From Candidatus Cloacimonadales bacterium (GTDB lineage: Bacteria > Cloacimonadota > Cloacimonadia > Cloacimonadales > WRIO01), in the NCBI GenBank assembly GCA_041654875.1, contig JBAZCP010000001.1:89920-153919 (forward strand): a DNA stretch of 64,000 bases, given 5' to 3'. Positions 51,267 through 60,656 of the stretch are shown here, in pieces (within the stretch, counting starts at the first letter, position 1; the number at the start of each line of letters is the position of its first letter). The translations under genes were made by a program, and so were the position numbers. The notes beneath the pieces are model-generated. The model searched no databases, had not been told where the DNA came from, and saw nothing but the letters and a program-made list of their open reading frames with translations.

Positions 51267-51895
51267 AATTCCTCCCTTTTACTGCATATATTATAGATTT
51301 TGGTCAATATCATATCAATAGCAATCGCATTAAAACCTCCTTCAGGGACAATGATATCAGCATATCGTTTACTTGGTTCTACAAATTCAATATGCATAGG
51401 TCTAACTGTCTCAAGGTATTGATTTATAATGCTATCTAAAGATCTATTTCGTTCTTTTATATCTCTTTGAATTCTTCTCAAGATACGAATATCAGCATCT
51501 GTATCAACAAATATCTTAATATCCATCAATTCACGAAGAATTTTGTTTTCAAATATCAGAATGCCCTCAACAATCATAATTGGGTTTGGTTTTATCATCA
51601 CTGTTTCAAGTGTTCTTAAATGGTTTTTAAAGTCGTATATGGGCATTTCAAAGGGTAGATTATTTTTAAATAACTCAATATGCTCGACAAATAAGTCATA
51701 ATCAAAAGAGTTTGGATGATCAAAGTTAATCTTTGCTCTCTCATCTAAATCAAGAGAGCCATAATTTTTGTAATAATTATCTTGCAAAATCAATGAAACT
51801 TTATTGCCGAAAGTTTCTTTAATTTTTGTTGTAATCGTCGTCTTTCCAGAACCTGAGCCGCCTGCAATGCCAATAATAACTGGTTTCATCATCAC
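51260..51895 (-). CDS. udk: Uridine kinase
   Basis: P-loop IGIAGGSGSGKTT and Udk-typical FDHPNSFD. Confidence 0.9.
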   Translation of the reverse strand: MMMKPVIIGIAGGSGSGKTTITTKIKETFGNKVSLILQDNYYKNYGSLDLDERAKINFDHPNSFDYDLFVEHIELFKNNLPFEMPIYDFKNHLRTLETVMIKPNPIMIVEGILIFENKILRELMDIKIFVDTDADIRILRRIQRDIKERNRSLDSIINQYLETVRPMHIEFVEPSKRYADIIVPEGGFNAIAIDMILTKIYNICSKREELC

Positions 51896-51952
51896 CCTTT
51901 CTACAATAAGTTTTTACATTAAAAATCTAAGTTTAGTTAATCATGTTTAAAA

Positions 51953-52522
51953 TTAAAAGTCAAGTACTTTTTTAAATAAAGATATCATAAATCCTGCTTC
52001 ATGATTTAAAAGCATTGTGGTAAAGCGGTTATCGTTTTTAATAAAGTTTTGATAAAGTTTTGTTGTCTCACAGTGAGAGCAAATATTGTCAGCAACAATT
52101 ATTGCATTATCATTCAATTTTGGCATTATTAAGTTGATATAATCTATGTATGCTTTTTTATTTGCATCAATAAAAACAAAATCATAATCATTTGTCAATG
52201 AAGGAATAATATCCTCTGCTTTGCCAAAGTATTGTTTGATATTTTCCAAACCACAGAGGTTTTTTATAGCCATTTGATAACGCTTCTCATCAACCTCAAT
52301 TGTTTCAATCATGCAATTATTATTGACAGCAAGACTCATAATAAAAGTAGAAAAACCGTTCGATGTTCCTACTTCTAAAACATTATTTGCATTTTTTGCT
52401 TTAAGAAGAAAAAATAAAAGTTGAGCAGATTCTGTATCAACGTTCCAAAGTCTTCTAATCTCAGACTTTTGTTTTTCAAATAATTTGAATCGTTCGAGAT
52501 GTTTGATTCTTAGTTTTTCCAT
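51953..52522 (-). CDS. Class I SAM-dependent O-methyltransferase (family 3)
   Basis: VLEVGTSNGFST and FVFIDANKKAYIDY motifs. Confidence 0.75.
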   Translation of the reverse strand: MEKLRIKHLERFKLFEKQKSEIRRLWNVDTESAQLLFFLLKAKNANNVLEVGTSNGFSTFIMSLAVNNNCMIETIEVDEKRYQMAIKNLCGLENIKQYFGKAEDIIPSLTNDYDFVFIDANKKAYIDYINLIMPKLNDNAIIVADNICSHCETTKLYQNFIKNDNRFTTMLLNHEAGFMISLFKKVLDF

Positions 52523-53634
52523 CTATATTTACCAAATGTTCCTTTTAATCCATAAAACAAAAAGTAAGGTATATAAAACAACTCAATAATAGGAAAGATT
52601 ACAAGATACTTATACATTTTCATTTTAAATAACCAAGGCATAATTAATATCAAATCAGAAACAACTTTTATTGAGAATAAAAATATGAAAATAGACCAAT
52701 TTACAAAGCTAAACAAGCTCAAAAAGAATAAGATCAATATTAACAGATAATAAAATGCTACCAATAGGATAATTGTTTTTAGATAAGCTGGATAATGTTT
52801 AAGCTTTGATGCACGCCTAATTTCTTGATGATGATGTTGTATAAGGCTTTTTTTTTCTTTCGCTGGTACAATTGAGCTCTCTGTAAACATAAAATTATAC
52901 GCTCGAATGAGTTTTCTTTGCATCAAGAGCATTAAATCGTCGTCGCCAGACATAATCATTCCGATTTTGCTAAAACCACCAACTTTTATAAAATTCTCTT
53001 TTCGATATGCCATATTACGTGCTGTGCAAGTCATTGCAATCTTTTGTCCAAAGCTGGCAGAGCATAAGGCAAAAATAGAGATTCTCTCAAAAGATTTGAA
53101 GATATTAATAAAACTATTTTGTTCATAAATAAAGGGGGAGAAGCCTGCTACGAAATCTATATCTTTTTCGAAGTGTTTGTTTAGCTCACTAAGCCATTGT
53201 AATGAAGGTAAACAATCAGCATCTGTAAAAGCCAAAAGTTCATATCTTGCTTTGTCAATACCGATTTGCAAAGCCCGTTTTTTCCCAATTAGGTTTTTAT
53301 ATTTTTCGTCTTCAACATAATCAGATACTTTGTATATAGAGATATTATATTCTTTTTTACAGTTCTCAATCTTCTCAACAGTATCATCACTCGATCTATC
53401 ATCAATAAAAATAATTTCATAATGAGATTCAGGATAATCTTGTTTTGTTAATAGCTCGCAAAGCTTATCTATGTATTGAGATTCATTTCTCGCAGCAATA
53501 ATAACAGAAAACTTATTATCTGGTTTTTTTTTATTTTTGTACAGGTGTTTAAAATGCCCTAAGCTTAAGTAGATAAAAAAAATAAGATATGATGTAGATA
53601 AAAAGAGAATTATTATTATAATAGCAATAATCAT
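52510..53634 (-). CDS. Membrane glycosyltransferase family 2
   Basis: FSVIIAARNE...IIFIDDRSSDDT, a DAD motif (FTDADC) and C-terminal TM helices. Confidence 0.8.
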   Translation of the reverse strand: MIIAIIIIILFLSTSYLIFFIYLSLGHFKHLYKNKKKPDNKFSVIIAARNESQYIDKLCELLTKQDYPESHYEIIFIDDRSSDDTVEKIENCKKEYNISIYKVSDYVEDEKYKNLIGKKRALQIGIDKARYELLAFTDADCLPSLQWLSELNKHFEKDIDFVAGFSPFIYEQNSFINIFKSFERISIFALCSASFGQKIAMTCTARNMAYRKENFIKVGGFSKIGMIMSGDDDLMLLMQRKLIRAYNFMFTESSIVPAKEKKSLIQHHHQEIRRASKLKHYPAYLKTIILLVAFYYLLILILFFLSLFSFVNWSIFIFLFSIKVVSDLILIMPWLFKMKMYKYLVIFPIIELFYIPYFLFYGLKGTFGKYRWKN

Positions 53635-55232
53635 GTTATCCGAGAGTCAGTCATCTCAATGAAATCAGCTAAATTAGGTGATTCTTTTCTTATGTCTTGT
53701 AAAGTAGGTTTCTTTATAACACCAGAGTTATTCGCTTGTTTTAGTTCAAAAAATAACTTAATTTTTAAGTTAAAATGTTTATTAAGAATATTCTCAATAT
53801 CCTTTGTTTGCTTTTGTAACATATTATGTGCTAAAGTTTGATTTACAATAAGGTAAAGTGCATTATTCTCAAACGCTTTTAGTTGAACATTCTCAAAAAA
53901 TGACCCAACTACAGGAAACTCTTTATTAATTTTTTCACACAAATGTTTCCAATTATTCTTAATAATATCAAGATTCACTTCATTGACTAATGGACTTGTA
54001 TTTTTTACCTCTTTGATAATTTTTTCTTGAATAGCAGTGCTTTGTTTGTGGCTTATATCCTGAATTTGAATATTTTGTATTGATGCAGGAATTTGATGAA
54101 CAGTAACTTTACCTGACTCTAATTGTTGAAGTATTTTGTCTATTGATTTCATTTCTGAGATTTTTGAAAGTTTTACAAAACACATTTCTACAACTATGTT
54201 TGAATTATGGCTCTGTCGTATATGGTTTTTAGATTCAACTAAAAATGACATCATATATATAATTTCGTCTTGACTAAACAGAGAACTTATTTCTTTCATA
54301 ATCTCTGCTTGGCTGTTGTCTAAGTCCTTTGTTGGAATCTGCAATTGTATCAAAAGAAGATTACGTAAATAATCAAGAAAAGAATTAATAAACTCATTGA
54401 TATCAATACCTTTATCAGTAATCTCATTTAATAAATAAATCATCTCAGCTGGATTGTGATTATTGATTGCATGCATCATATTGTGAAAAACATCATTACC
54501 AACCATACCAAAAATTGTCCGGATGTTTTCACTTGTGGTGTGTGTATTGCCATATGAGATCACCTGATCCATCAAAGATAAGGCATCTCGCATACCGCCA
54601 TCTGACTTTTTGGCAATAATAAATAGTGCATCATCATCAATACTTATCTCTTCAATTCTGCAAATTTCTTTTAACCTATCAACTATTGCACTAACAGGTA
54701 TTCTCTTAAAATCAAATCGTTGGCAGCGTGATATTATGGTAGGAAGTATCTTATGTGGTTCGGTTGTTGCAAAGACGAAAATCACGTTTTTTGGTGGTTC
54801 TTCGAGGGTTTTTAATAGAGCATTGAACGCGTTTTTACTTAGCATATGAACTTCATCGATAATGAAGATTTTATATTGCGAATTGTGAGTTGAATACATT
54901 AGCTCTTTTTGTAAATCTCTTATATCATCAACACTGGTATTCGAGGCTCCGTCAATTTCAACAACATCTGCTGAGTTTCCGAGAGTAATCTCATTACAAT
55001 TTACGCATTTTCCGCATGGGTTGATAGTGGGACCGTGTTCGCAGTTCAAACTTTTGGCAAATATTCTTGCTAATGAAGTTTTGCCAACTCCTCTTGGACC
55101 AGTAAACAAATATGCTTGTCCAACACGTTTGCTTTCGATGGCATTTTTAATAATTTGCACAATATGATCTTGAGCATATACTTCAGTAAAGTTTTGTGGT
55201 CTATATTTTCTTGCTAAAACTATGTATGACAT
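53631..55232 (-). CDS. dnaX: DNA polymerase III subunit gamma/tau
   Basis: Walker A GPRGVGKTS, a zinc module (CEHGPTINPCGKCVNC) and the SRC motif (IISRCQRF). Confidence 0.94.
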   Translation of the reverse strand: MSYIVLARKYRPQNFTEVYAQDHIVQIIKNAIESKRVGQAYLFTGPRGVGKTSLARIFAKSLNCEHGPTINPCGKCVNCNEITLGNSADVVEIDGASNTSVDDIRDLQKELMYSTHNSQYKIFIIDEVHMLSKNAFNALLKTLEEPPKNVIFVFATTEPHKILPTIISRCQRFDFKRIPVSAIVDRLKEICRIEEISIDDDALFIIAKKSDGGMRDALSLMDQVISYGNTHTTSENIRTIFGMVGNDVFHNMMHAINNHNPAEMIYLLNEITDKGIDINEFINSFLDYLRNLLLIQLQIPTKDLDNSQAEIMKEISSLFSQDEIIYMMSFLVESKNHIRQSHNSNIVVEMCFVKLSKISEMKSIDKILQQLESGKVTVHQIPASIQNIQIQDISHKQSTAIQEKIIKEVKNTSPLVNEVNLDIIKNNWKHLCEKINKEFPVVGSFFENVQLKAFENNALYLIVNQTLAHNMLQKQTKDIENILNKHFNLKIKLFFELKQANNSGVIKKPTLQDIRKESPNLADFIEMTDSRIT

Positions 55233-55254
55233 ATTACATCCAAAAATCTTAACA

Positions 55255-56046
55255 TTATATATTTATAATGTATTTTCTTACTCTTTTGCTAATCACAACA
55301 AAGAATAGTGCTAAGCCTATCATGAGAGTAGAAAGAGCATTGATAGTTGTTATTGTACCACGACGTATTGCACCTTCCACATAGACAGGTAGTGTGTTAA
55401 ACCCTCTTCCCGATGTAAAGAAAGTAATCATAAAATCATCTATCGACAAAGTAAAAGCAAGCAATGCTGCCGCTATTATACCAGGCATTAGAAGCGGTAA
55501 TTGTATTTTGAAAAATATTTGTCTTTTATTTGCCCCTAAATCCATTGCAGCATCGATTAAGTTGTAATCAAAGCCTTCCAATCGAGATTGTATCACAATT
55601 ATTGTATAAGAAACACAAAATGTTATATGGGCGAATAGAACAGTTAGCATTCCCATTTTTACTTTGACAAAGCTGAAAAGCAATGCCAAAGAAACACCCA
55701 TCAGAATGTCAGGCATAATAAGAGGAATAAATATTAGTCCTTGAAAAAACTTTGCTCCTTTAAACTTTTTATTCTCAAGAGCAAGTGCAGAAAAAAGCCC
55801 AAGAATTGTTGAAAAAATAGTTGATAATACGGCAATTAACATAGTGTTTTTAAAAGAATTAATAATATCTTTGTTTTGAAATAATAAATGATAGTATTTG
55901 AATGTAAAACCACGCCAAGATGAAATGAATTTAGAATCGTTAAAGCTATATATTATAAGTAATAATATAGGTATATATAGAAATACTATCACAAATGTAA
56001 ATGTTGTTAGATTTAGTAAACAAGATTTTTTGGGTCTATTTATCAT
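55255..56046 (-). CDS. potC: Spermidine/putrescine ABC transporter permease
   Basis: 263 aa with 6 TM helices and an EAA-loop-like segment DAAMDLGANKRQIFFKIQLPL. Confidence 0.8.
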   Translation of the reverse strand: MINRPKKSCLLNLTTFTFVIVFLYIPILLLIIYSFNDSKFISSWRGFTFKYYHLLFQNKDIINSFKNTMLIAVLSTIFSTILGLFSALALENKKFKGAKFFQGLIFIPLIMPDILMGVSLALLFSFVKVKMGMLTVLFAHITFCVSYTIIVIQSRLEGFDYNLIDAAMDLGANKRQIFFKIQLPLLMPGIIAAALLAFTLSIDDFMITFFTSGRGFNTLPVYVEGAIRRGTITTINALSTLMIGLALFFVVISKRVRKYIINI

Positions 56047-56923
56047 CTTTACTCACCATTTTTTCATTAAACTTTATGTGTAAGAAATAAAATGCCACAA
56101 GTAATAAGCTAATAAATGTTAGTAACATTATTGATAGGGCAGAGGCAAGAGGCCAATTTCTTGGTATATTCTTAATTTTATAAGTGATTATTTGCCCGAT
56201 ATATAAGGAGTCTTGTGAACCAACTAATTGGGGAATTATATAAGCTCCAAGTGCAGGGATGAATACTAATATAGAGCCAGCTAAAATACCATTTTTTGAA
56301 AGCGGTAACGTAACCTTGAAGAACGCCTTAATCTTATTAGCTCCTAAATCCATAGCTGCATCCAACAAACTAAAATCCATTTTTTCTATATTGCTATATA
56401 GAGGTAAAATCATATATGGTAAATAAACATAAACCATAACTAATATTACTGCAAAGTCATTTCTGATAAGTAGTAAGGGTGTATCAGTAATTTTAAAAAA
56501 CACTAATAAATTGTTTAAAATTCCTTCTGGTGAAAGGAAAATTCTCCAAGAAAATATTCTGATTATGAAATTAGTTAAAAATGGAATTATTATTAAGACA
56601 AGCAGAAAGTTTTTTACCTTTTCAGAACTTCTGGCAATCAAATATGCAGAAGGATATCCTAATATAAGACAAACAAGAGTTGATATTGTGGCAAGCCTAA
56701 AAGATAAATAAAAGGAGCGAAAATATTCTTTTGAAAAAACTTCACGGTATGCATCAAGAGTAAAAACTGCTTTAACATCGTAAATATCAGTTTCGAAAAA
56801 ACTATAGAGAATTATAATAATATATGGAATTAAAAAGAAAAATACAAGCCAAGCCATTGTTGGAAAGGACAATAGCCAACTATATATATTCTTCTTTTTC
56901 TGTAAACTTTCTTCGTTTGTCAC
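56036..56923 (-). CDS. potB: Spermidine/putrescine ABC transporter permease
   Basis: 295 aa with an EAA loop DAAMDLGANKIKAFFKVTLPL. Confidence 0.8.
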   Translation of the reverse strand: MTNEESLQKKKNIYSWLLSFPTMAWLVFFFLIPYIIIILYSFFETDIYDVKAVFTLDAYREVFSKEYFRSFYLSFRLATISTLVCLILGYPSAYLIARSSEKVKNFLLVLIIIPFLTNFIIRIFSWRIFLSPEGILNNLLVFFKITDTPLLLIRNDFAVILVMVYVYLPYMILPLYSNIEKMDFSLLDAAMDLGANKIKAFFKVTLPLSKNGILAGSILVFIPALGAYIIPQLVGSQDSLYIGQIITYKIKNIPRNWPLASALSIMLLTFISLLLVAFYFLHIKFNEKMVSKDDK

Positions 56924-56939
56924 AGCATTATCCTTCTAT

Positions 56940-58055
56940 CTAATTATTCTCTTGGTCAAGTATTACAAATGAATCAATATCATGCCAAAATAAGTATACA
57001 TCTTCTTCCCAGTCAAGGGCAACATCGTCAAAATACACTCTTTTATGTTGATTAAAAACTCTGAATTTATGTTGTCCAACTTTTACAATATATTGAGTGT
57101 GTGTACCAAGATATAAGATGTCTTCTATTTTACCTTTAAGAATATTAAAGTCGCTTTTAATAGCTGGTTGTTTACGGGAAATAGCAATTTTTTCTGGTCT
57201 TAAAGAAAGAGTGATCTTAGTTCCAATATCGACTTTAAGGTGGCATGAGCTGTCTAATACAACTTTATTTCCTTCCTGTTGGAGATCGGTTTCAATTTCT
57301 ATAAACTCATCTTCAATTCCGACAACTTTTCCTGCTATAAGATTTGTATCTCCAATAAAATAAGCTGAAAAAATAGAATTTGGTCTTTCATATATATCAT
57401 CAGGTTGTCCTGTTTGAATGATTTGACCTTTATTCATAATAGTCATTCTGTCTGAAACACTCATAGCTTCACTTTGATCATGAGTAACATATATAAATGT
57501 AATACCTACTAAGTCATGAATATTCATTAATTCTATTATCATTCTTTGTCTTAATTTTAAATCGAGTGCTGCTACTGGTTCGTCAAGCAATAAGACTTTT
57601 GGTTTATTAATAAGTGCTCTACCTATTGCAATTCTCTGCTTTTGCCCACCACTTATTGCATTGGGATATTTATCTTTATGATCATACATCTGGACAATAT
57701 CAAGCATTTCATGTACTTGCTTTTTTATTTCTTTTTCAGGCACTTTTTTGATTCTTAGCCCAAAAGCAACGTTCTCGAATATGCTCATGTGTGGGAAAAG
57801 AGAATAGTTTTGAAATATTGTATTTACTTGTCGTTTATATGGGGGAAGCTCTGTTATATCTTGATTTTCGATATAGATTCGTCCTTTAGTTGGCATTTCA
57901 AATCCAGCAATCATACGCAAAATAGTTGTTTTACCACATCCACTTGGTCCTAAAAATGAGAAGAGTTCACCATTATTAATAGTAAGTGATACATTATCAA
58001 CAGCTTTAAAATTTCCAAATCTTTTTGATACATTTTCTAATCTTATTTCACCCAA
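56940..58055 (-). CDS. potA: Spermidine/putrescine ABC transporter ATP-binding protein
   Basis: Walker A GPSGCGKTT, signature ISGGQKQR, Walker B LLLDEP and a C-terminal TOBE-like domain. Confidence 0.9.
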   Translation of the reverse strand: MGEIRLENVSKRFGNFKAVDNVSLTINNGELFSFLGPSGCGKTTILRMIAGFEMPTKGRIYIENQDITELPPYKRQVNTIFQNYSLFPHMSIFENVAFGLRIKKVPEKEIKKQVHEMLDIVQMYDHKDKYPNAISGGQKQRIAIGRALINKPKVLLLDEPVAALDLKLRQRMIIELMNIHDLVGITFIYVTHDQSEAMSVSDRMTIMNKGQIIQTGQPDDIYERPNSIFSAYFIGDTNLIAGKVVGIEDEFIEIETDLQQEGNKVVLDSSCHLKVDIGTKITLSLRPEKIAISRKQPAIKSDFNILKGKIEDILYLGTHTQYIVKVGQHKFRVFNQHKRVYFDDVALDWEEDVYLFWHDIDSFVILDQENN

Positions 58056-58102
58056 TATTTCACCTTTCTATAGAAAACTCTATTGTTTTATAATATAATT
58101 AC

Positions 58103-58130
58103 AATATATTTTTTAACAAACATTTGTCAA
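58103..58130 (-). promoter_or_regulatory. Candidate potA-proximal sigma-70-type promoter
   Basis: On the minus strand: TTGACA (58130-58125), a 16-bp spacer, then TATATT (58108-58103), about 50 nt upstream of the potA ATG. Confidence 0.45.
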
Positions 58131-58437
58131 AGTATATTTTCAATTTTTAATTCTCTTTTAAATATTTTTTAATATAGTGGGTGAGAAGTCAATGTTTTTT
58201 TCGTATTAAGCAATTCCTTTTTTACAATTATAATTAAATAATTCCATTATATATCGAGATATAAATCTTTTATAGTTTATGTGCTTTGATTTATTACATA
58301 ATGATAGGGTATAAAAGGTTATATTTTTGTTGGAAGTCAATCAAGAAGTATTATTAAGAATGAAATTAGATAATTAATAAGATATTAATTCTAAGTATTA
58401 GCTTTTTATCTCGTAAATTTTGCGTTTAAAAATGGTG

Positions 58438-58466
58438 ATTATAGTGGGAAAGTAACGGGATGGTAA
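58438..58466 (-). promoter_or_regulatory. Candidate minus-strand promoter built from an array unit
   Basis: On the minus strand: TTACCA (58466-58461, inside a repeat unit), exactly 17 bp, then a perfect TATAAT (58443-58438) 2 nt beyond the left edge of the G-rich array. Confidence 0.35.
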
Positions 58467-58489
58467 CGGGATGGTAACGGGATGGTATC
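58441..58489 (+). repeat. Locus 4 of the 11-bp tandem array family
   Basis: ATAGTGGGAAA and GTAACGGGATG x3 (58452-58484), then GTATCG. It lies in a 942-bp ORF-free gap. Confidence 0.95.
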
Positions 58490-58967
58490 GATTTTCTTTA
58501 ATAGTGTTTTGCTATTTCTCTTCCATTAATAATGTTAATTTTATAAGTGATAAACAATTTGTGATAATATTTTGTGTTGATGTTTTTTAATAATGTTAAT
58601 ATGATTTTACAGAGTTATGTATGGTTTCATAGAAATATTAAAATTGCTCATCAAAACAGAGTTATTTTTTAGATGGTTTTAAATAAATTGGAAATCAAAT
58701 ATTTTAACGATAAAAGTTTAAATAGATAAATTTAATTTGTATTTGGAATTATAAGCTATTTTAAGGCTCTTTTTGATCCTTAGAAGAGCTTTGATACTAT
58801 GATTTTTTTTTAAAGCTGTATTTACACTCTAATTTAACTTCATGTTCTGGAATCTGTTTATCACTTTTAAACATCAAAGAAAGGGGTTGCTTCACATTAA
58901 ATACCTCTTGAATATTTCGCTGAATCAAATTGAAACATAAGCAACATTATGTAAACCTGCAGACAGT

Positions 58968-58993
58968 AAAAAAAGCCAGTTACCTGGCTTTTT
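58968..58993 (-). terminator. Rho-independent terminator after the thioredoxin-like gene
   Basis: On the minus strand, AGCCAG-GTAA-CTGGCT is followed by TTTTTTT, starting 5 nt after the stop codon. Confidence 0.8.
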
Positions 58994-58997
58994 ATAA

Positions 58998-59447
58998 TTA
59001 TTTAGATAACAATGTTTTAAGATGTGTTATGTAAGATTCAGCTCCGCCTTGTTGATAACCTGTTCTATTGATTTCTTTCTGATTAGAGTCTATTAGAACG
59101 ATTGTTGGGAAGCCTTGAATTCCATATTTTTGAGCCAGTGCTCTATTGGTTCTTTTCAAATCTTCGGATTGTGAAATTTTTTGTGGAAAGTCCAATTTTA
59201 ATAGGATAAGGTTTTCATTTGCATAGTTTATAAAGATTTCTGTATCAAAAACCTCAGAAGCCAATCTTTTACACCATATACACCAGTCAGAACCTGTAAA
59301 ATTTATTAAAATTGGTAAATCACGTTCCTTAGCAATTTCGATCGCTTGATTATAATCTTCTAACCAAATAGTATTAGGAGAATCTTTAGCACATGCCACC
59401 ATGAAAAGTGATAAAAATAAGACAGATACGATTAATCTATTTATCAT
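58998..59447 (-). CDS. Thioredoxin-fold lipoprotein (thioredoxin_7-like)
   Basis: Lipobox-like LFMVAC and CxxC active site WCIWC in the context ILINFTGSDWCIWCKRL. Confidence 0.75.
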   Translation of the reverse strand: MINRLIVSVLFLSLFMVACAKDSPNTIWLEDYNQAIEIAKERDLPILINFTGSDWCIWCKRLASEVFDTEIFINYANENLILLKLDFPQKISQSEDLKRTNRALAQKYGIQGFPTIVLIDSNQKEINRTGYQQGGAESYITHLKTLLSK

Positions 59448-59863
59448 ATCTCCACCCCATTTAAAAATATTTTTACCTTTATGTCAACAGCTTTTTGTAA
59501 CATTGCCGAAACTGCACAATACTTATCTTTTGAAAGGCTAATTGCCTTTTTAACACTATCTGGTTTTAAATCACCTTCAAATATGTAGCTTAATTCGACA
59601 TCTTTGAAGACTTTTGGGTGCGTTTCCTCTGTATCAGCTGTCACTTTGAGATCAAAATTATAATTCTTGAACTTCATTTTATCAAGAATTGATACAACAT
59701 CCATTCCTGTACAAGCAGCTAAGGCTGATAATACTAATCCTTTTGGACGTGGACCTCTATCATCTCCTCCATTTTCTTTATCAACGTCAAGCATGAAAGT
59801 ATGGTTATCTAATTCTGTTGAAAAAGTAAATCTCTCTTTCCAAGATAATTTCGTTTCGATCAT
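59444..59863 (-). CDS. OsmC-family peroxiredoxin-like protein
   Basis: 139 aa with the two conserved Cys contexts LAACTGMD and KYCAVS. Confidence 0.85.
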   Translation of the reverse strand: MIETKLSWKERFTFSTELDNHTFMLDVDKENGGDDRGPRPKGLVLSALAACTGMDVVSILDKMKFKNYNFDLKVTADTEETHPKVFKDVELSYIFEGDLKPDSVKKAISLSKDKYCAVSAMLQKAVDIKVKIFLNGVEI

Positions 59864-59881
59864 AATTACTCCTTTGTTTTT

Positions 59882-60331
59882 TTATTTTCCTTGAGGAATT
59901 TGATATAAAAAATCTTTCCATTTTGACAATGCATCAAAAATAAGAGTCAGTTCATTTTCATCAAGCTGGTTCAAGATTTTATTATAACTTTTAATTGATT
60001 CATTTATATGCTTATTTAGCATTTCTTTACCTTCTTCATTAATCTGAGTATAAAATACTCTTCTATCATCAGTTGAAGGAAAACGTACAAGATAATTTTT
60101 CTTAATCAAACTATCAACCAAGTGTGTTATTCGGCTATGTGTAACGCCAAGATGTTCAGATAGCTCTTTCATATTGACATTTCTATCTGTTTGAATTAAA
60201 TAATGCAATAAATTACATTCTACTCGTCCGAGTTTAGAGCATTTTTTTTGCATAAATTCAAAGCTGCCCATTAATTGAGCGATCTGGTTAGTCACATCAT
60301 AAATTTGTTTGCCAATTTCATTTTTTTTCAT
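59882..60331 (-). CDS. MarR-family transcriptional regulator
   Basis: 149 aa with a winged-HTH region (MKELSEHLGVTHSRITHLVDSLIKKNYLVRFPSTDDRR). Confidence 0.85.
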   Translation of the reverse strand: MKKNEIGKQIYDVTNQIAQLMGSFEFMQKKCSKLGRVECNLLHYLIQTDRNVNMKELSEHLGVTHSRITHLVDSLIKKNYLVRFPSTDDRRVFYTQINEEGKEMLNKHINESIKSYNKILNQLDENELTLIFDALSKWKDFLYQIPQGK

Positions 60332-60392
60332 TTGTCCCCCGATTTTTATTAAAGATCATCTTGATTTACAAAACTAATAATTGTTAATCATA

Positions 60393-60412
60393 TTATTTTA
60401 TTAATATAATAA
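60393..60412. promoter_or_regulatory. Near-perfect 20-bp AT palindrome, possible MarR operator
   Basis: TTATTTTATTAATATAATAA matches its own reverse complement at 18 of 20 positions and lies about 60 bp upstream of the marR start. AT-rich context makes chance plausible. Confidence 0.2.
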
Positions 60413-60656
60413 ACTATTCAATTATAAAAGCAAATAATAAGTGTTACAATTTAGTTTAAACAAGTACTAAAGAATAATTGATTTAACAAAAAATCTACAA
60501 ATATATTTCTTACATCATCTATGAATTTAGAATTATTAATACATTTCAATTTAATATAATACTTAAAACTAAACAAATAGCAATATTAAAAATGATTTTA
60601 ACAAATAAGTAATAAAATGATTGACAAATTAATACAAATTCAAATATCTTTAATAT

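Noticed and set aside
54018-54027. An A-run in dnaX (GAA AAA ATT on the coding strand) as a possible programmed -1 frameshift site producing the gamma subunit.
   Set aside because: It does not fit the X XXY YYZ heptamer in the zero frame, and no downstream stem-loop is evident.
58173-58341. Short repeated words in the 942-bp gap: TATAGTGGG (58173 and 58440) and GAAGTCAAT (58185 and 58333).
   Set aside because: One or two shared 9-mers are expected by chance in about 1 kb of biased sequence. Only the copy abutting the array is discussed, under locus 4.
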